Virus record (IMG/VR): IMGVR_UViG_3300017774_008677
Coordinates: 1 to 26,586 of that record
Length of the DNA: 26,586 nucleotides
Strand: one strand, 5' to 3'
Source: a virus
Taxonomy: Duplodnaviria > Caudoviricetes
Shown in pieces: positions 17,884 through 25,633 of this stretch. A program made the translations under genes and the position numbers. The notes beneath the pieces are model-generated. The model did not search any database. It saw only the letters and a program-made list of their open reading frames with translations, and was not told the DNA's origin. Position 1 is the first letter of the stretch. The number at the start of each line of letters is the position of its first letter.

Positions 17884-18874
17884 AGATACATATTTAGTTA
17901 CCGGTGGATGTGGGTTTATAGGTAGTCATGTTATTGATGAGTTACTTAAAAATCCTAAAGTAAAAAAAATTATTAATATAGATAGATTATCTACAGGTGC
18001 TGATGTAAATAATGTTGCGAAAGATAGTAGAGTACTAAATTATTATTTGGATATTTGTGATGAAGAGATTAATTCTATTTTTAAAAAATATAAACCTGGG
18101 TATGTTATTCACCTTGCCGCAGAATCTCATGTCGATAGATCTATCACCGATCCTCTATCGTTTGTTAATTCAAATGTAGTTGGTACAGGTAAAATCTTAG
18201 AATGCATTAGAGATATAGTACCTAGTGCAAGAATGGTGCATGTATCTACAGACGAAGTTTATGGTCATTTAAATTTTGAAGATGATCCATTTTTAGAGAC
18301 TACCCTATTAGATCCAAGATCACCCTATTCTGCATCTAAAGCTAGTTCAGATTTATTAGCTCTTTCATATAGAAGTACTTATAATACTGATGTTACAGTT
18401 ACAAGATGTTGTAATAACTACGGCCCGCGGCAGCATAATGAGAAATTAATTCCTACTATTTTACGTACTCTACGCGAAGGTAAAAAGATACCAGTTTATG
18501 GAAATGGACAAAATATGCGAGAGTGGATATACGTCGTAGATCATGCGAAAGCGTTAATTGAAATCTTACATAAGGAGAATGCTGAAACTATATATAATAT
18601 ATGGGGAACGGCGCGTCTTTTGAATTTAGAGATTATACAAATAATAATAGATGAATTGAGAAAACAAGCTTATGCGCCTCCTCAAGTGTATGATAGGGGT
18701 TCGGATATTTCCAACTATATAGAGTTTGTAGCAGACAGACTAGGACATGATTTGTGTTACAAAATGGCTTCTATTTATGATGATATTTCTACACTTAAAG
18801 AGCAGAATAATTTTAACGATGGAATAATAAAGACCTTGTTATACTATGATATAAAGTATGAGAAAAAAAATTAG
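17873..18874 (+). CDS. rmlB: dTDP-glucose 4,6-dehydratase
   Basis: TGGCGFIGS, HLAAESHVDRSI, STDEVYG, YSASK, NNYGPRQ..EKLIP. Confidence 0.96.
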   Translation: MKNKDTYLVTGGCGFIGSHVIDELLKNPKVKKIINIDRLSTGADVNNVAKDSRVLNYYLDICDEEINSIFKKYKPGYVIHLAAESHVDRSITDPLSFVNSNVVGTGKILECIRDIVPSARMVHVSTDEVYGHLNFEDDPFLETTLLDPRSPYSASKASSDLLALSYRSTYNTDVTVTRCCNNYGPRQHNEKLIPTILRTLREGKKIPVYGNGQNMREWIYVVDHAKALIEILHKENAETIYNIWGTARLLNLEIIQIIIDELRKQAYAPPQVYDRGSDISNYIEFVADRLGHDLCYKMASIYDDISTLKEQNNFNDGIIKTLLYYDIKYEKKN

Positions 18875-19040
18875 ACAACCGTTTAAATTTGGATCATACC
18901 TTATTGAATATCGAGAAAGGGAAGATAGCTTAGTAAAAATTCATAAAGAAAAACTCGACACTCTACATCAAGCAGAAAGAGCTAAAGACGAACTTGCTCT
19001 TAAGGGATATACTACTATTACTATAAGGGAAGTGGGATGA
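18858..19040 (+). CDS. Hypothetical protein
   Basis: 60-aa ORF overlapping both neighbours. Confidence 0.6.
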   Translation: MRKKIRQPFKFGSYLIEYREREDSLVKIHKEKLDTLHQAERAKDELALKGYTTITIREVG

Positions 19041-19537
19041 TTATACTTAAACCAACCGATGGATTAATTAATTCAACAAGAATTGATTATGATTTAGTTA
19101 CATTTATATTGAGTAGGTTTGTGCGGCTAGTGAAGAGAGCTACTATAAGAGTAGAAAGATCAAAAAAAAATTATTCCTATTATGATGATAGTTGCAGGTC
19201 GATTTTTATCGATATAAAGAAAGATTGCAGCCTAAAATATATTATAAGCACCATACTGCATGAAGTTAGACACTTTATGCAGCTAAGGCAAAAAAATAAT
19301 AATTTAAATTATGAATATTCTAGCTACAATAATTATTATAGCTCTCCAGAGGAAAAAGATGCGCGTAAATATGAAAGAGTTGCTACAGAAGTTTGTAGGA
19401 TTTATAAACAGCATAAAAAAATTGAGGAAAAATTTAAAAAATATAATCTGGATTCTTTTAAGGAACTACTCTATACTAAAGAAGTAAACAGTAACAGTAA
19501 CAGTTTGCATTTAAAACAAAAAACAAAGAAAACATAA
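19037..19537 (+). CDS. Zincin-like metallopeptidase domain protein
   Basis: TILHEVRHFMQ (HExxH) plus downstream PEEKDAR. Confidence 0.75.
   Translation: MIILKPTDGLINSTRIDYDLVTFILSRFVRLVKRATIRVERSKKNYSYYDDSCRSIFIDIKKDCSLKYIISTILHEVRHFMQLRQKNNNLNYEYSSYNNYYSSPEEKDARKYERVATEVCRIYKQHKKIEEKFKKYNLDSFKELLYTKEVNSNSNSLHLKQKTKKT
19460..19477 (+). promoter_or_regulatory. AAGGAAC-N5-TATACT promoter-like motif
   Basis: One of five copies; 64 nt upstream of ATG 19542. Confidence 0.65.
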
Positions 19538-19541
19538 AAAA

Positions 19542-20378
19542 ATGGGATTCATGAATGAAATTACTAATCTAGAGGAAATTCCTCGCTTTAATGTAATGAA
19601 AGAAGAAGTGTTTGATTCGCGAGGCTCGCGAGTTAAAGGAGTATATTCGCTAATGCGTGAAGATACAAGAGATCATCTGGGTATTTGTCGAGACAAGTAC
19701 CGACCTATTCAACTAGATGAAATGCTAGATATAGTTCAAACCGCTACAGAGAAAGTTGGGGGTATTGATCATATTGGATATATATTCTCTAGAAACGGTA
19801 AGCGGGTAGTGCTTCAATCTAAACTTACTAATCAATTTGAGATCAATGGAGATAAGGTTGACGGTATGTTTTATACCGTAATTGATAATTCAGGTATGAA
19901 TTCTAATAAGATTATCCCTTCAACTCGAAGGATCGTGTGTGATAACATGCTCCATCTAGTTAAGAGTGAAGCAGAGCAAACGAGAAGCGGGGGGTTAAGA
20001 CACTCCTTCTCCTTTGAGGAAAAGGTTAGTGGTCTTATTAATAAGATAGAGAATAATATTAATATCGTTAAAACTTTCAATAAGACTGTAGAGATGCTTC
20101 AAAATAAAAAATATAACGAAGATCAGATGAGACAGCTTATTCAGCGTATTTTGCCAGATCCAAAAAATGATAAAGCATCAACTAAATTGCTTAATAAGAG
20201 AGAGAATATTGTTGAGCGCTTCTCAAGAGGTGTGGGTAATGAGGGTAAAACGATGTGGGATGCACTTAATGCTGTTACAGAATATGAATCTCGTAATAAG
20301 TTTACTCCGGAAAAGCTTATACGTACTCTCTCAACTGAAAGTCTCTCTAATAAAGCCTTAGAGATCCTTGTAGCCTAA
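19542..20378 (+). CDS. DUF932-family protein
   Basis: RIVCDN and GKTMWDALNAVTEY motifs. Confidence 0.8.
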   Translation: MGFMNEITNLEEIPRFNVMKEEVFDSRGSRVKGVYSLMREDTRDHLGICRDKYRPIQLDEMLDIVQTATEKVGGIDHIGYIFSRNGKRVVLQSKLTNQFEINGDKVDGMFYTVIDNSGMNSNKIIPSTRRIVCDNMLHLVKSEAEQTRSGGLRHSFSFEEKVSGLINKIENNINIVKTFNKTVEMLQNKKYNEDQMRQLIQRILPDPKNDKASTKLLNKRENIVERFSRGVGNEGKTMWDALNAVTEYESRNKFTPEKLIRTLSTESLSNKALEILVA

Positions 20379-20611
20379 TGTATAAGTTTAGAATGATTGA
20401 TATGCACGATTCACAAACAGGAGTTTTAGTTGATATGGCATATGACCTAGTTAATGGTAATGCAGTGTTTTTAAATTTAAAAATGTTTAATATTATAAAT
20501 AATGTCGTAGGTGAGTTGCTAGAAAATATTGACCCTTTAATTAAAATTGCGTTTGCTGCCAATATGTTGTCTATACTACAAGAAAATAGAGAGAATGAGG
20601 ATAATGTATAA
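20378..20611 (+). CDS. Hypothetical protein
   Basis: TAATG coupling to the upstream gene. Confidence 0.65.
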   Translation: MYKFRMIDMHDSQTGVLVDMAYDLVNGNAVFLNLKMFNIINNVVGELLENIDPLIKIAFAANMLSILQENRENEDNV

Positions 20612-20786
20612 AGAAGTAATAGGTAAATATAGATTTGAAATTGAAGAGGACACCAGCCGAATTATGATATATAAGGAGGGAAACGGTGTAGAGCCTATTG
20701 AATACATAAGTGTAAAAAAGGAAATTTCTGAGAAGGCATTTCATTATGAAATTATGTCCTGGATGATTAACATAGGCGATCAATAA
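20604..20786 (+). CDS. Hypothetical protein
   Basis: ATG 20604 (ATGTATAA overlap) preferred to the called start 20547. Confidence 0.6.
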   Translation: MYKEVIGKYRFEIEEDTSRIMIYKEGNGVEPIEYISVKKEISEKAFHYEIMSWMINIGDQ

Positions 20787-20802
20787 GGACCTCTAATATA
20801 AT
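20785..20802 (+). promoter_or_regulatory. AAGGACC-N5-TATAAT promoter-like motif
   Basis: Followed by AAGAT-ATG(20808). Confidence 0.65.
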
Positions 20803-20807
20803 AAGAT

Positions 20808-21053
20808 ATGAACTGCGGATGTGGAAACTTAATTGAAAAAGGTAGATTAGAACTAAACTTGAAAACTTGTAGAACTTGTGCCTTTACGGGTCCGGACGTT
20901 CCTAAACCTAAAGGTAGGCAGGTTTACGGTCATAAGACTGGATGTGAAATAGAAATTCATACTGCTGAGTCCTGGGAGCGTAATAAAAAATATTTTATAC
21001 CGTCTGGTGCTCGTAGTTGTGTTAAGAATTTCTCAAAGAGTATATCTGTTTAA
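20808..21053 (+). CDS. C4 zinc-finger protein (DksA/TraR-finger-like)
   Basis: CGCGNLIEKGRLELNLKTCRTCA. Confidence 0.65.
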   Translation: MNCGCGNLIEKGRLELNLKTCRTCAFTGPDVPKPKGRQVYGHKTGCEIEIHTAESWERNKKYFIPSGARSCVKNFSKSISV

Positions 21054-21091
21054 TTCTGACTTAACTTTCTTATAACTAAAATAATACAGAT

Positions 21092-21256
21092 ATGCATTTA
21101 ACATTTGAAAATATAGTTGTATTTTTAGCGTTCATACTATATACTTGTGTAAGTATAGTGCATTGCTATAAACAAAACTACGCATGGGGTGTAGTTTGGG
21201 GAGGGTATGCAATATCTAATCTAGGATTAATAGTAGCACAATCTTTAACAAAATAA
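21092..21256 (+). CDS. Small membrane protein (54 aa), absent from the ORF track
   Basis: MHLTFENIVVFLAFILYTCVSIVHCYKQNYAWGVVWGGYAISNLGLIVAQSLTK; fills the gap and has two hydrophobic segments. Confidence 0.7.
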   Translation: MHLTFENIVVFLAFILYTCVSIVHCYKQNYAWGVVWGGYAISNLGLIVAQSLTK

Positions 21257-21260
21257 AATT

Positions 21261-21956
21261 ATGGGAATGTTTGATCATATTACAGTAGAACTAGCTCTTC
21301 CTAAGCTACCACAAGAGCTAAAAGCAAAAAATTTAGTTTTTCAAACTAAGGACACCCCTAATCAAGGATTATCAATGTATAAAATTGATAAAAAAGGTCA
21401 ACTTTGGTTAGAAAAGTTTGAGGGTCATTGGCAAGAAGGTACACCAGCTGAGGACGGCGCGGGGTTCTCTGAGAGAATGGCAGCGCTTGGTAAATTTGTA
21501 GCTGATAAAGAATGGTGGGAGAAGGAAAATTATACCGGAACTATTAATTTTTACGAATCTTATAAACACCCGGAATATGATACTGGTAATGTTAAAGCTA
21601 ATGACCGCTGGATGCGTTTTGATAACGGGTGGGTTGAATACTGTGCTAAACTCAAAAATGGAAAACTTATAGAACCCATTGAACAGGTCGATCACAAAGT
21701 CCCAAAAAAATACTCTGATGAGGAATTTAAAGAGCGTAAGTTAGATGCTGCACGAAGTCGCGCTGAAAGGGAGAAGGAGTTAAGAGAAAGTCGTAAAAAA
21801 ACTCCATCATCTGACCAACAGTTAATTGATTATATATATGATGCTTGTAATAAAACTATAATGGATGAGAACGATATGATTGAAACGTTAGGTAGCATTA
21901 AGCAAAAGATTTCGGAATATAGAATCAGATATGATATCTGGTATGTAGAGAGTTAA
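21261..21956 (+). CDS. Phage hypothetical protein (MGMFD...QTKD type)
   Basis: 231-aa ORF; the N-terminal motif is familiar from phage proteins of unknown function. Confidence 0.7.
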   Translation: MGMFDHITVELALPKLPQELKAKNLVFQTKDTPNQGLSMYKIDKKGQLWLEKFEGHWQEGTPAEDGAGFSERMAALGKFVADKEWWEKENYTGTINFYESYKHPEYDTGNVKANDRWMRFDNGWVEYCAKLKNGKLIEPIEQVDHKVPKKYSDEEFKERKLDAARSRAEREKELRESRKKTPSSDQQLIDYIYDACNKTIMDENDMIETLGSIKQKISEYRIRYDIWYVES

Positions 21957-21970
21957 AAACCTTTTAGAAT

Positions 21971-22327
21971 ATGAATAATATAGCAAAAAATGACATTACA
22001 GGTAAAGTAATTAAGACAGAGCCCACTAATTCAAAATTTAGAGAGGGTTGGGATAATATTTTTAATAAGGAAGCTCCTACTACGTGTAAGCTTATTTTAG
22101 CTAGCGCAAATTGGTGTGGACCTTGTCACGGCTTAAGCAAACGGTTAAAAGATAATAATCTTTATGATAAGGTTGAAATTAAAGACGCTGATAAAGATCG
22201 TGACTTCTTTAAGGAGCATAATATTAAGGCTGTACCGAGGCTAATCGTTATAAAGGATACAGGCGAGATTGAGCAAATACAGGGTGCAGATGATATTTAT
22301 AAGTCTATCTCTAATTATGTGGGGTAG
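21971..22327 (+). CDS. Thioredoxin-like protein with N-terminal extension
   Basis: WCGPC and a cis-Pro-type AVP motif. Confidence 0.85.
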   Translation: MNNIAKNDITGKVIKTEPTNSKFREGWDNIFNKEAPTTCKLILASANWCGPCHGLSKRLKDNNLYDKVEIKDADKDRDFFKEHNIKAVPRLIVIKDTGEIEQIQGADDIYKSISNYVG

Positions 22328-22441
22328 TTTATTTTTTGGAATAAAATAACAGATACATACTTATGCTAAGTAAGGATTATATAATACCAGCTCTTTGAGA
22401 TAAATTAGTCAATAATATGTTTATGATAACTCTTACCGCTA

Positions 22442-22459
22442 AAGGAACTATATTATAAT
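22442..22459 (+). promoter_or_regulatory. AAGGAAC-N5-TATAAT promoter-like motif
   Basis: Followed by AAGCAT-ATG(22466). Confidence 0.7.
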
Positions 22460-22465
22460 AAGCAT

Positions 22466-22654
22466 ATGCCTGTTCCAGATAAAGTAGATTTAAAGCATAT
22501 TCATAGATATGACTCGTTGACACAACTTTCAATTCTTAAAGATATTTGTAGTCGTTTATATATCGCTCGTAATATTGCAATGTCACAAGACTCTATAGTT
22601 GATAATCTAGAAAAAATCGATAAACTATTTAAAGACGATGAAAACTACAATTGA
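22466..22654 (+). CDS. Hypothetical protein
   Basis: 62-aa ORF directly after the motif. Confidence 0.65.
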   Translation: MPVPDKVDLKHIHRYDSLTQLSILKDICSRLYIARNIAMSQDSIVDNLEKIDKLFKDDENYN

Positions 22655-22943
22655 AGCTATATCTGATCTAACGGAGCAGCAGATAAAAGAATTGCTGATC
22701 GAAATATATGAACGAATTCCAATTACTGAAGAGAATCTAATCTATTCAGCTATACCTGATAAGATTACGCGATATGTAAATGAGAGTAAGAGACTATCTG
22801 CATTAGAAGAGGCAGTAACTAATTATATTGTAAATGAGTGTCAGGGTAGTCAAATTGGTGTTCAGGATCCAATTAATTTTTTGATGTCGTCATATCGTAT
22901 GTTAAGACATAATCTGAATGAAGTCTTGAATGGTGAAGTTTAA
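22638..22943 (+). CDS. Hypothetical protein
   Basis: 101-aa ORF. Confidence 0.65.
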   Translation: MKTTIEAISDLTEQQIKELLIEIYERIPITEENLIYSAIPDKITRYVNESKRLSALEEAVTNYIVNECQGSQIGVQDPINFLMSSYRMLRHNLNEVLNGEV

Positions 22944-22983
22944 GAATGAAATATAAATATAAAGCATAATAAAAGTAAAGAAT

Positions 22984-23610
22984 ATGGAAGAAGCAGATTT
23001 TAATTTTGATGAATATTTCTTTAAGAAGTATCCAGAGTTATTCCCTAAAGACGAAGCCGGAGAACTACTACCACAGCATCAGCGCTGTTGGAATGATTGT
23101 CCTGAAGGGTGGCTTCCTATCGTTGAATCGCTGTTTGGATGTATTAATAACTATATAAAAACAACTACACGCTCTAGACCTAACCCTAAACGTAAGTTCG
23201 CGATTAATTGTCAACGCAAGTATCGTAACTATATACTGAATCCAGTTTGCAGACTACTAGCACAACGTCAGCCAATTACTATTAATAATAAACCACCAAA
23301 ATGTTGGAGGTCAAATATCTGTAGTGCATTAAATGCTCTTAATTTAAAGTTGTTTAATTACAACGATCTTTACATTAAGGAACATCCACCTGCTGTTATT
23401 ATAAACCAGTGTAAAGAAAAGTATGGAACTCTTAGAGTTTACCATAGCGGAGGAGATGAAGAAGTTGATGGTATGATTAGATATGCTGAATTCTTATCAA
23501 GCCGTACTTGCCAATATACTGGCAAACCAGGTAAAATGTATAAAAAGGGAGGGTGGTATGTTACGCTATCTCCATCACAGGCAAAAAAATATGGTTATAA
23601 GGTTGCCTAA
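22984..23610 (+). CDS. Phage hypothetical protein (KEKYGTLR type)
   Basis: GW..I...QCKEKYGTLRVY...TCQYTGKPG...GGWYVTL. Confidence 0.75.
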   Translation: MEEADFNFDEYFFKKYPELFPKDEAGELLPQHQRCWNDCPEGWLPIVESLFGCINNYIKTTTRSRPNPKRKFAINCQRKYRNYILNPVCRLLAQRQPITINNKPPKCWRSNICSALNALNLKLFNYNDLYIKEHPPAVIINQCKEKYGTLRVYHSGGDEEVDGMIRYAEFLSSRTCQYTGKPGKMYKKGGWYVTLSPSQAKKYGYKVA

Positions 23611-23625
23611 GATACTTAATCTAAC

Positions 23626-23643
23626 AAGGAACACAATTATAAT
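23626..23643 (+). promoter_or_regulatory. AAGGAAC-N5-TATAAT promoter-like motif
   Basis: Followed by TATATT-ATG(23650). Confidence 0.7.
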
Positions 23644-23649
23644 TATATT

Positions 23650-24321
23650 ATGGGAGTATTTGCACTAGGGGATATTCATGGCGACTGGGACTCTCTATTT
23701 TCTACAATAGAAAGAGCTAATATATGTAACTGTACTTTAATTAGTGTAGGTGATATAGGTATTGGGTTTCTAAATGCAGCAAAGCAAGAGCGTCAAAATA
23801 TTCATGTAAATAATTTTTTAAAAAGCAAAAATATTGAATTTTTAGGTATCCGCGGCAATCATGACGATCCGTCTTATTTTACTGGAGCGATATCGTATAG
23901 TCATTTTAAATTGCTTGCTGACTATACAACTCTTATCTTAGAAGGTAAGAGATTCTTATTTGTAGGTGGGGCTTTGAGTATTGATAGATCTCTTCGCAAG
24001 GAGGGTATTTCATATTGGAAAGATGAGCCGTTAAAATTAGATTACAAAAAGATTACTAAATGCGACATACTTATAACACACTCAGCTCCAACCTGGAGTG
24101 GACCTTTAAGTAAACCTAACCTTGTTACTTCTCTTTTACATAAAGATTCAACGCTTTGGGACGAGTGTATGGAAGAGAGAAAGCAACACGATATATTAAT
24201 TAAATTATCTGGTGCAAAGCGCCATTACTGCGGACACTTTCATCAATATTCGGTGGTGGATTTCGATGACTGCGTTAGTAGTATAATAGATATAAACCAA
24301 ATAGTAGAAATTAAGTTATGA
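23650..24321 (+). CDS. Calcineurin-like metallophosphoesterase
   Basis: GDIHG, GDIG, GNHD, ITH, GHFH. Confidence 0.93.
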   Translation: MGVFALGDIHGDWDSLFSTIERANICNCTLISVGDIGIGFLNAAKQERQNIHVNNFLKSKNIEFLGIRGNHDDPSYFTGAISYSHFKLLADYTTLILEGKRFLFVGGALSIDRSLRKEGISYWKDEPLKLDYKKITKCDILITHSAPTWSGPLSKPNLVTSLLHKDSTLWDECMEERKQHDILIKLSGAKRHYCGHFHQYSVVDFDDCVSSIIDINQIVEIKL

Positions 24322-24707
24322 AATACTTTCTTATTACATTTGTGGCATTAATGTTATCTATAAAAGCTGAGGTAAACACTTATACTGCTAGGATAACTTA
24401 TTATAGTACAGACAAAAGATGGGGCAATAAGGTTGCTTGTACTAAGACAAAGTATGCTAAGGAAGGAGTAACTATAGCTGCGCATCCTAACTTTAAGTTT
24501 GGTACAAAAGTATATATCCCAGCACTTAAAAATATAGTAGGTGACGGTATATTTATAGTTCAAGATAGAGGGGTAGCTGTTACAGAGAAAGTAGCATCTC
24601 GTAATAAATCCTATGTATTCGATGTTTATGTTACAACTCCTAATAAGGTACATATTCATGCTCGTAATAAGCCCGAATATATGAAAATTTATATTATAGA
24701 GCCATAA
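24318..24707 (+). CDS. Secreted 3D-domain / double-psi barrel (lytic transglycosylase-like) protein
   Basis: Signal-like N-terminus; ARITYY, TIAA..FGTKVYI, VQDRG, FDVY. Confidence 0.75.
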   Translation: MKYFLITFVALMLSIKAEVNTYTARITYYSTDKRWGNKVACTKTKYAKEGVTIAAHPNFKFGTKVYIPALKNIVGDGIFIVQDRGVAVTEKVASRNKSYVFDVYVTTPNKVHIHARNKPEYMKIYIIEP

Positions 24708-24716
24708 ATAATATAA

Positions 24717-25034
24717 ATGGAACCAGAAAAATCTTTAATAGGGGAGTTTTTAGATGGCGGCTGGGTTATTCCAGTAATAGGTGCTGCATCAATGCTTGCA
24801 CGCCTTTTATCTACAAACGACAAAACCGGTATAGTATGTCAATTAAAGAAAATTTTTGTAGCATCGCTGACATCTACTATTATGTGGGCGTTGATACACG
24901 ATTTAAATCTTTTAGATTTACATAAAGCTGTAATCTATGGCATAACTGGAGTTATATCACCAGAAGTAATACAGGGAATAGTTAACTTAGGTAAAAGGTT
25001 TTTAAAAGATCCTGACAAATATATACCGAAGTAA
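24717..25034 (+). CDS. Holin-like membrane protein
   Basis: 105 aa, up to three hydrophobic segments, charged C-terminus; CATAAATA-N6-ATG; lies in the lysis cluster. Confidence 0.6.
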   Translation: MEPEKSLIGEFLDGGWVIPVIGAASMLARLLSTNDKTGIVCQLKKIFVASLTSTIMWALIHDLNLLDLHKAVIYGITGVISPEVIQGIVNLGKRFLKDPDKYIPK

Positions 25035-25036
25035 AT

Positions 25037-25062
25037 AAAGAGAGCTCAATACAGCTCTCTTT
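25037..25062. terminator. Hairpin between convergent genes
   Basis: AAAGAGAGCT-CAATAC-AGCTCTCTTT, 10-bp stem. Confidence 0.6.
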
Positions 25063-25279
25063 CTAACTTTCTATAACGAGCATCAGAGTGCCACACTTCA
25101 TCCGTCTGAGGAGTATATATACCCTCTCTGGTTATAACAGATTTATCCTTTTCCAGAAAGAGAATAGCTGGCTGATAGATGTTCAAGGGTTTTACGTTCG
25201 TTGATAAGTTCGGACCGCAAGATGTCAGCGCGATCATTGCTATCATTAGTCCGCTTAGAGCGTAGTTCTTCAATTTCAT
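25046..25279 (-). CDS. Outer-membrane spanin (Rz1-like lipoprotein)
   Basis: MKLK, hydrophobic stretch, then lipobox LTSC; starts inside the upstream ORF in another frame. Confidence 0.75.
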   Translation of the reverse strand: MKLKNYALSGLMIAMIALTSCGPNLSTNVKPLNIYQPAILFLEKDKSVITREGIYTPQTDEVWHSDARYRKLERELY

Positions 25280-25403
25280 TTATTAATTCCTTCTGTCTAT
25301 TTTTTGATTTTTGAATTATATCATAATAGAACGCCTTATTCTTTAACTCTAAATAAGAAGCTAAAGCAGACAAAGCGCTCTTTATTAACCCTAAAAGATC
25401 CAT
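25143..25403 (-). CDS. Inner-membrane spanin (Rz-like)
   Basis: Hydrophobic N-terminus then coiled-coil; overlapped by the lipoprotein gene. Confidence 0.65.
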   Translation of the reverse strand: MDLLGLIKSALSALASYLELKNKAFYYDIIQKSKNRQKELINEIEELRSKRTNDSNDRADILRSELINERKTLEHLSASYSLSGKG

Positions 25404-25591
25404 TATTTTCCTTTATCTTTTGCTTTACCGATGTTTAAAGCGGCTATGTCTATAAAGACATATAATTTAGCGAGAAATGTTCCAGGTTTTGGAGTGGGTA
25501 TAACAGCAGCTATAGCTGAAGCTAGCGTTACTACTGCGGTAAAGATAGTAAACCATGGGTTGCCTTGTAATAATGATAATAATTGTTCCAT
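25403..25591 (-). CDS. Small membrane protein (holin-like, 62 aa)
   Basis: Start MEQLL at 25591 after CATAAATA-N8; TM segment, PTP, LALN-like tail. Confidence 0.65.
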   Translation of the reverse strand: MEQLLSLLQGNPWFTIFTAVVTLASAIAAVIPTPKPGTFLAKLYVFIDIAALNIGKAKDKGK

Positions 25592-25633
25592 AACAAATAT
25601 ATTTATGTCTAATACGATAAATATACTTGTTAT

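Noticed and set aside
22328-22465. Intergenic gap as ncRNA or micro-ORF (MLSKDYIIPAL)
   Set aside because: Only weak AT stems and an 11-codon ORF; no support.
2036-24659. Remaining short overlapping ORFs in the track (e.g. 2036-2293, 3564-3758, 4727-5023, 17529-17891, 21408-21695, 24354-24659)
   Set aside because: They lie within or opposite well-supported genes and have no motifs or start signals.
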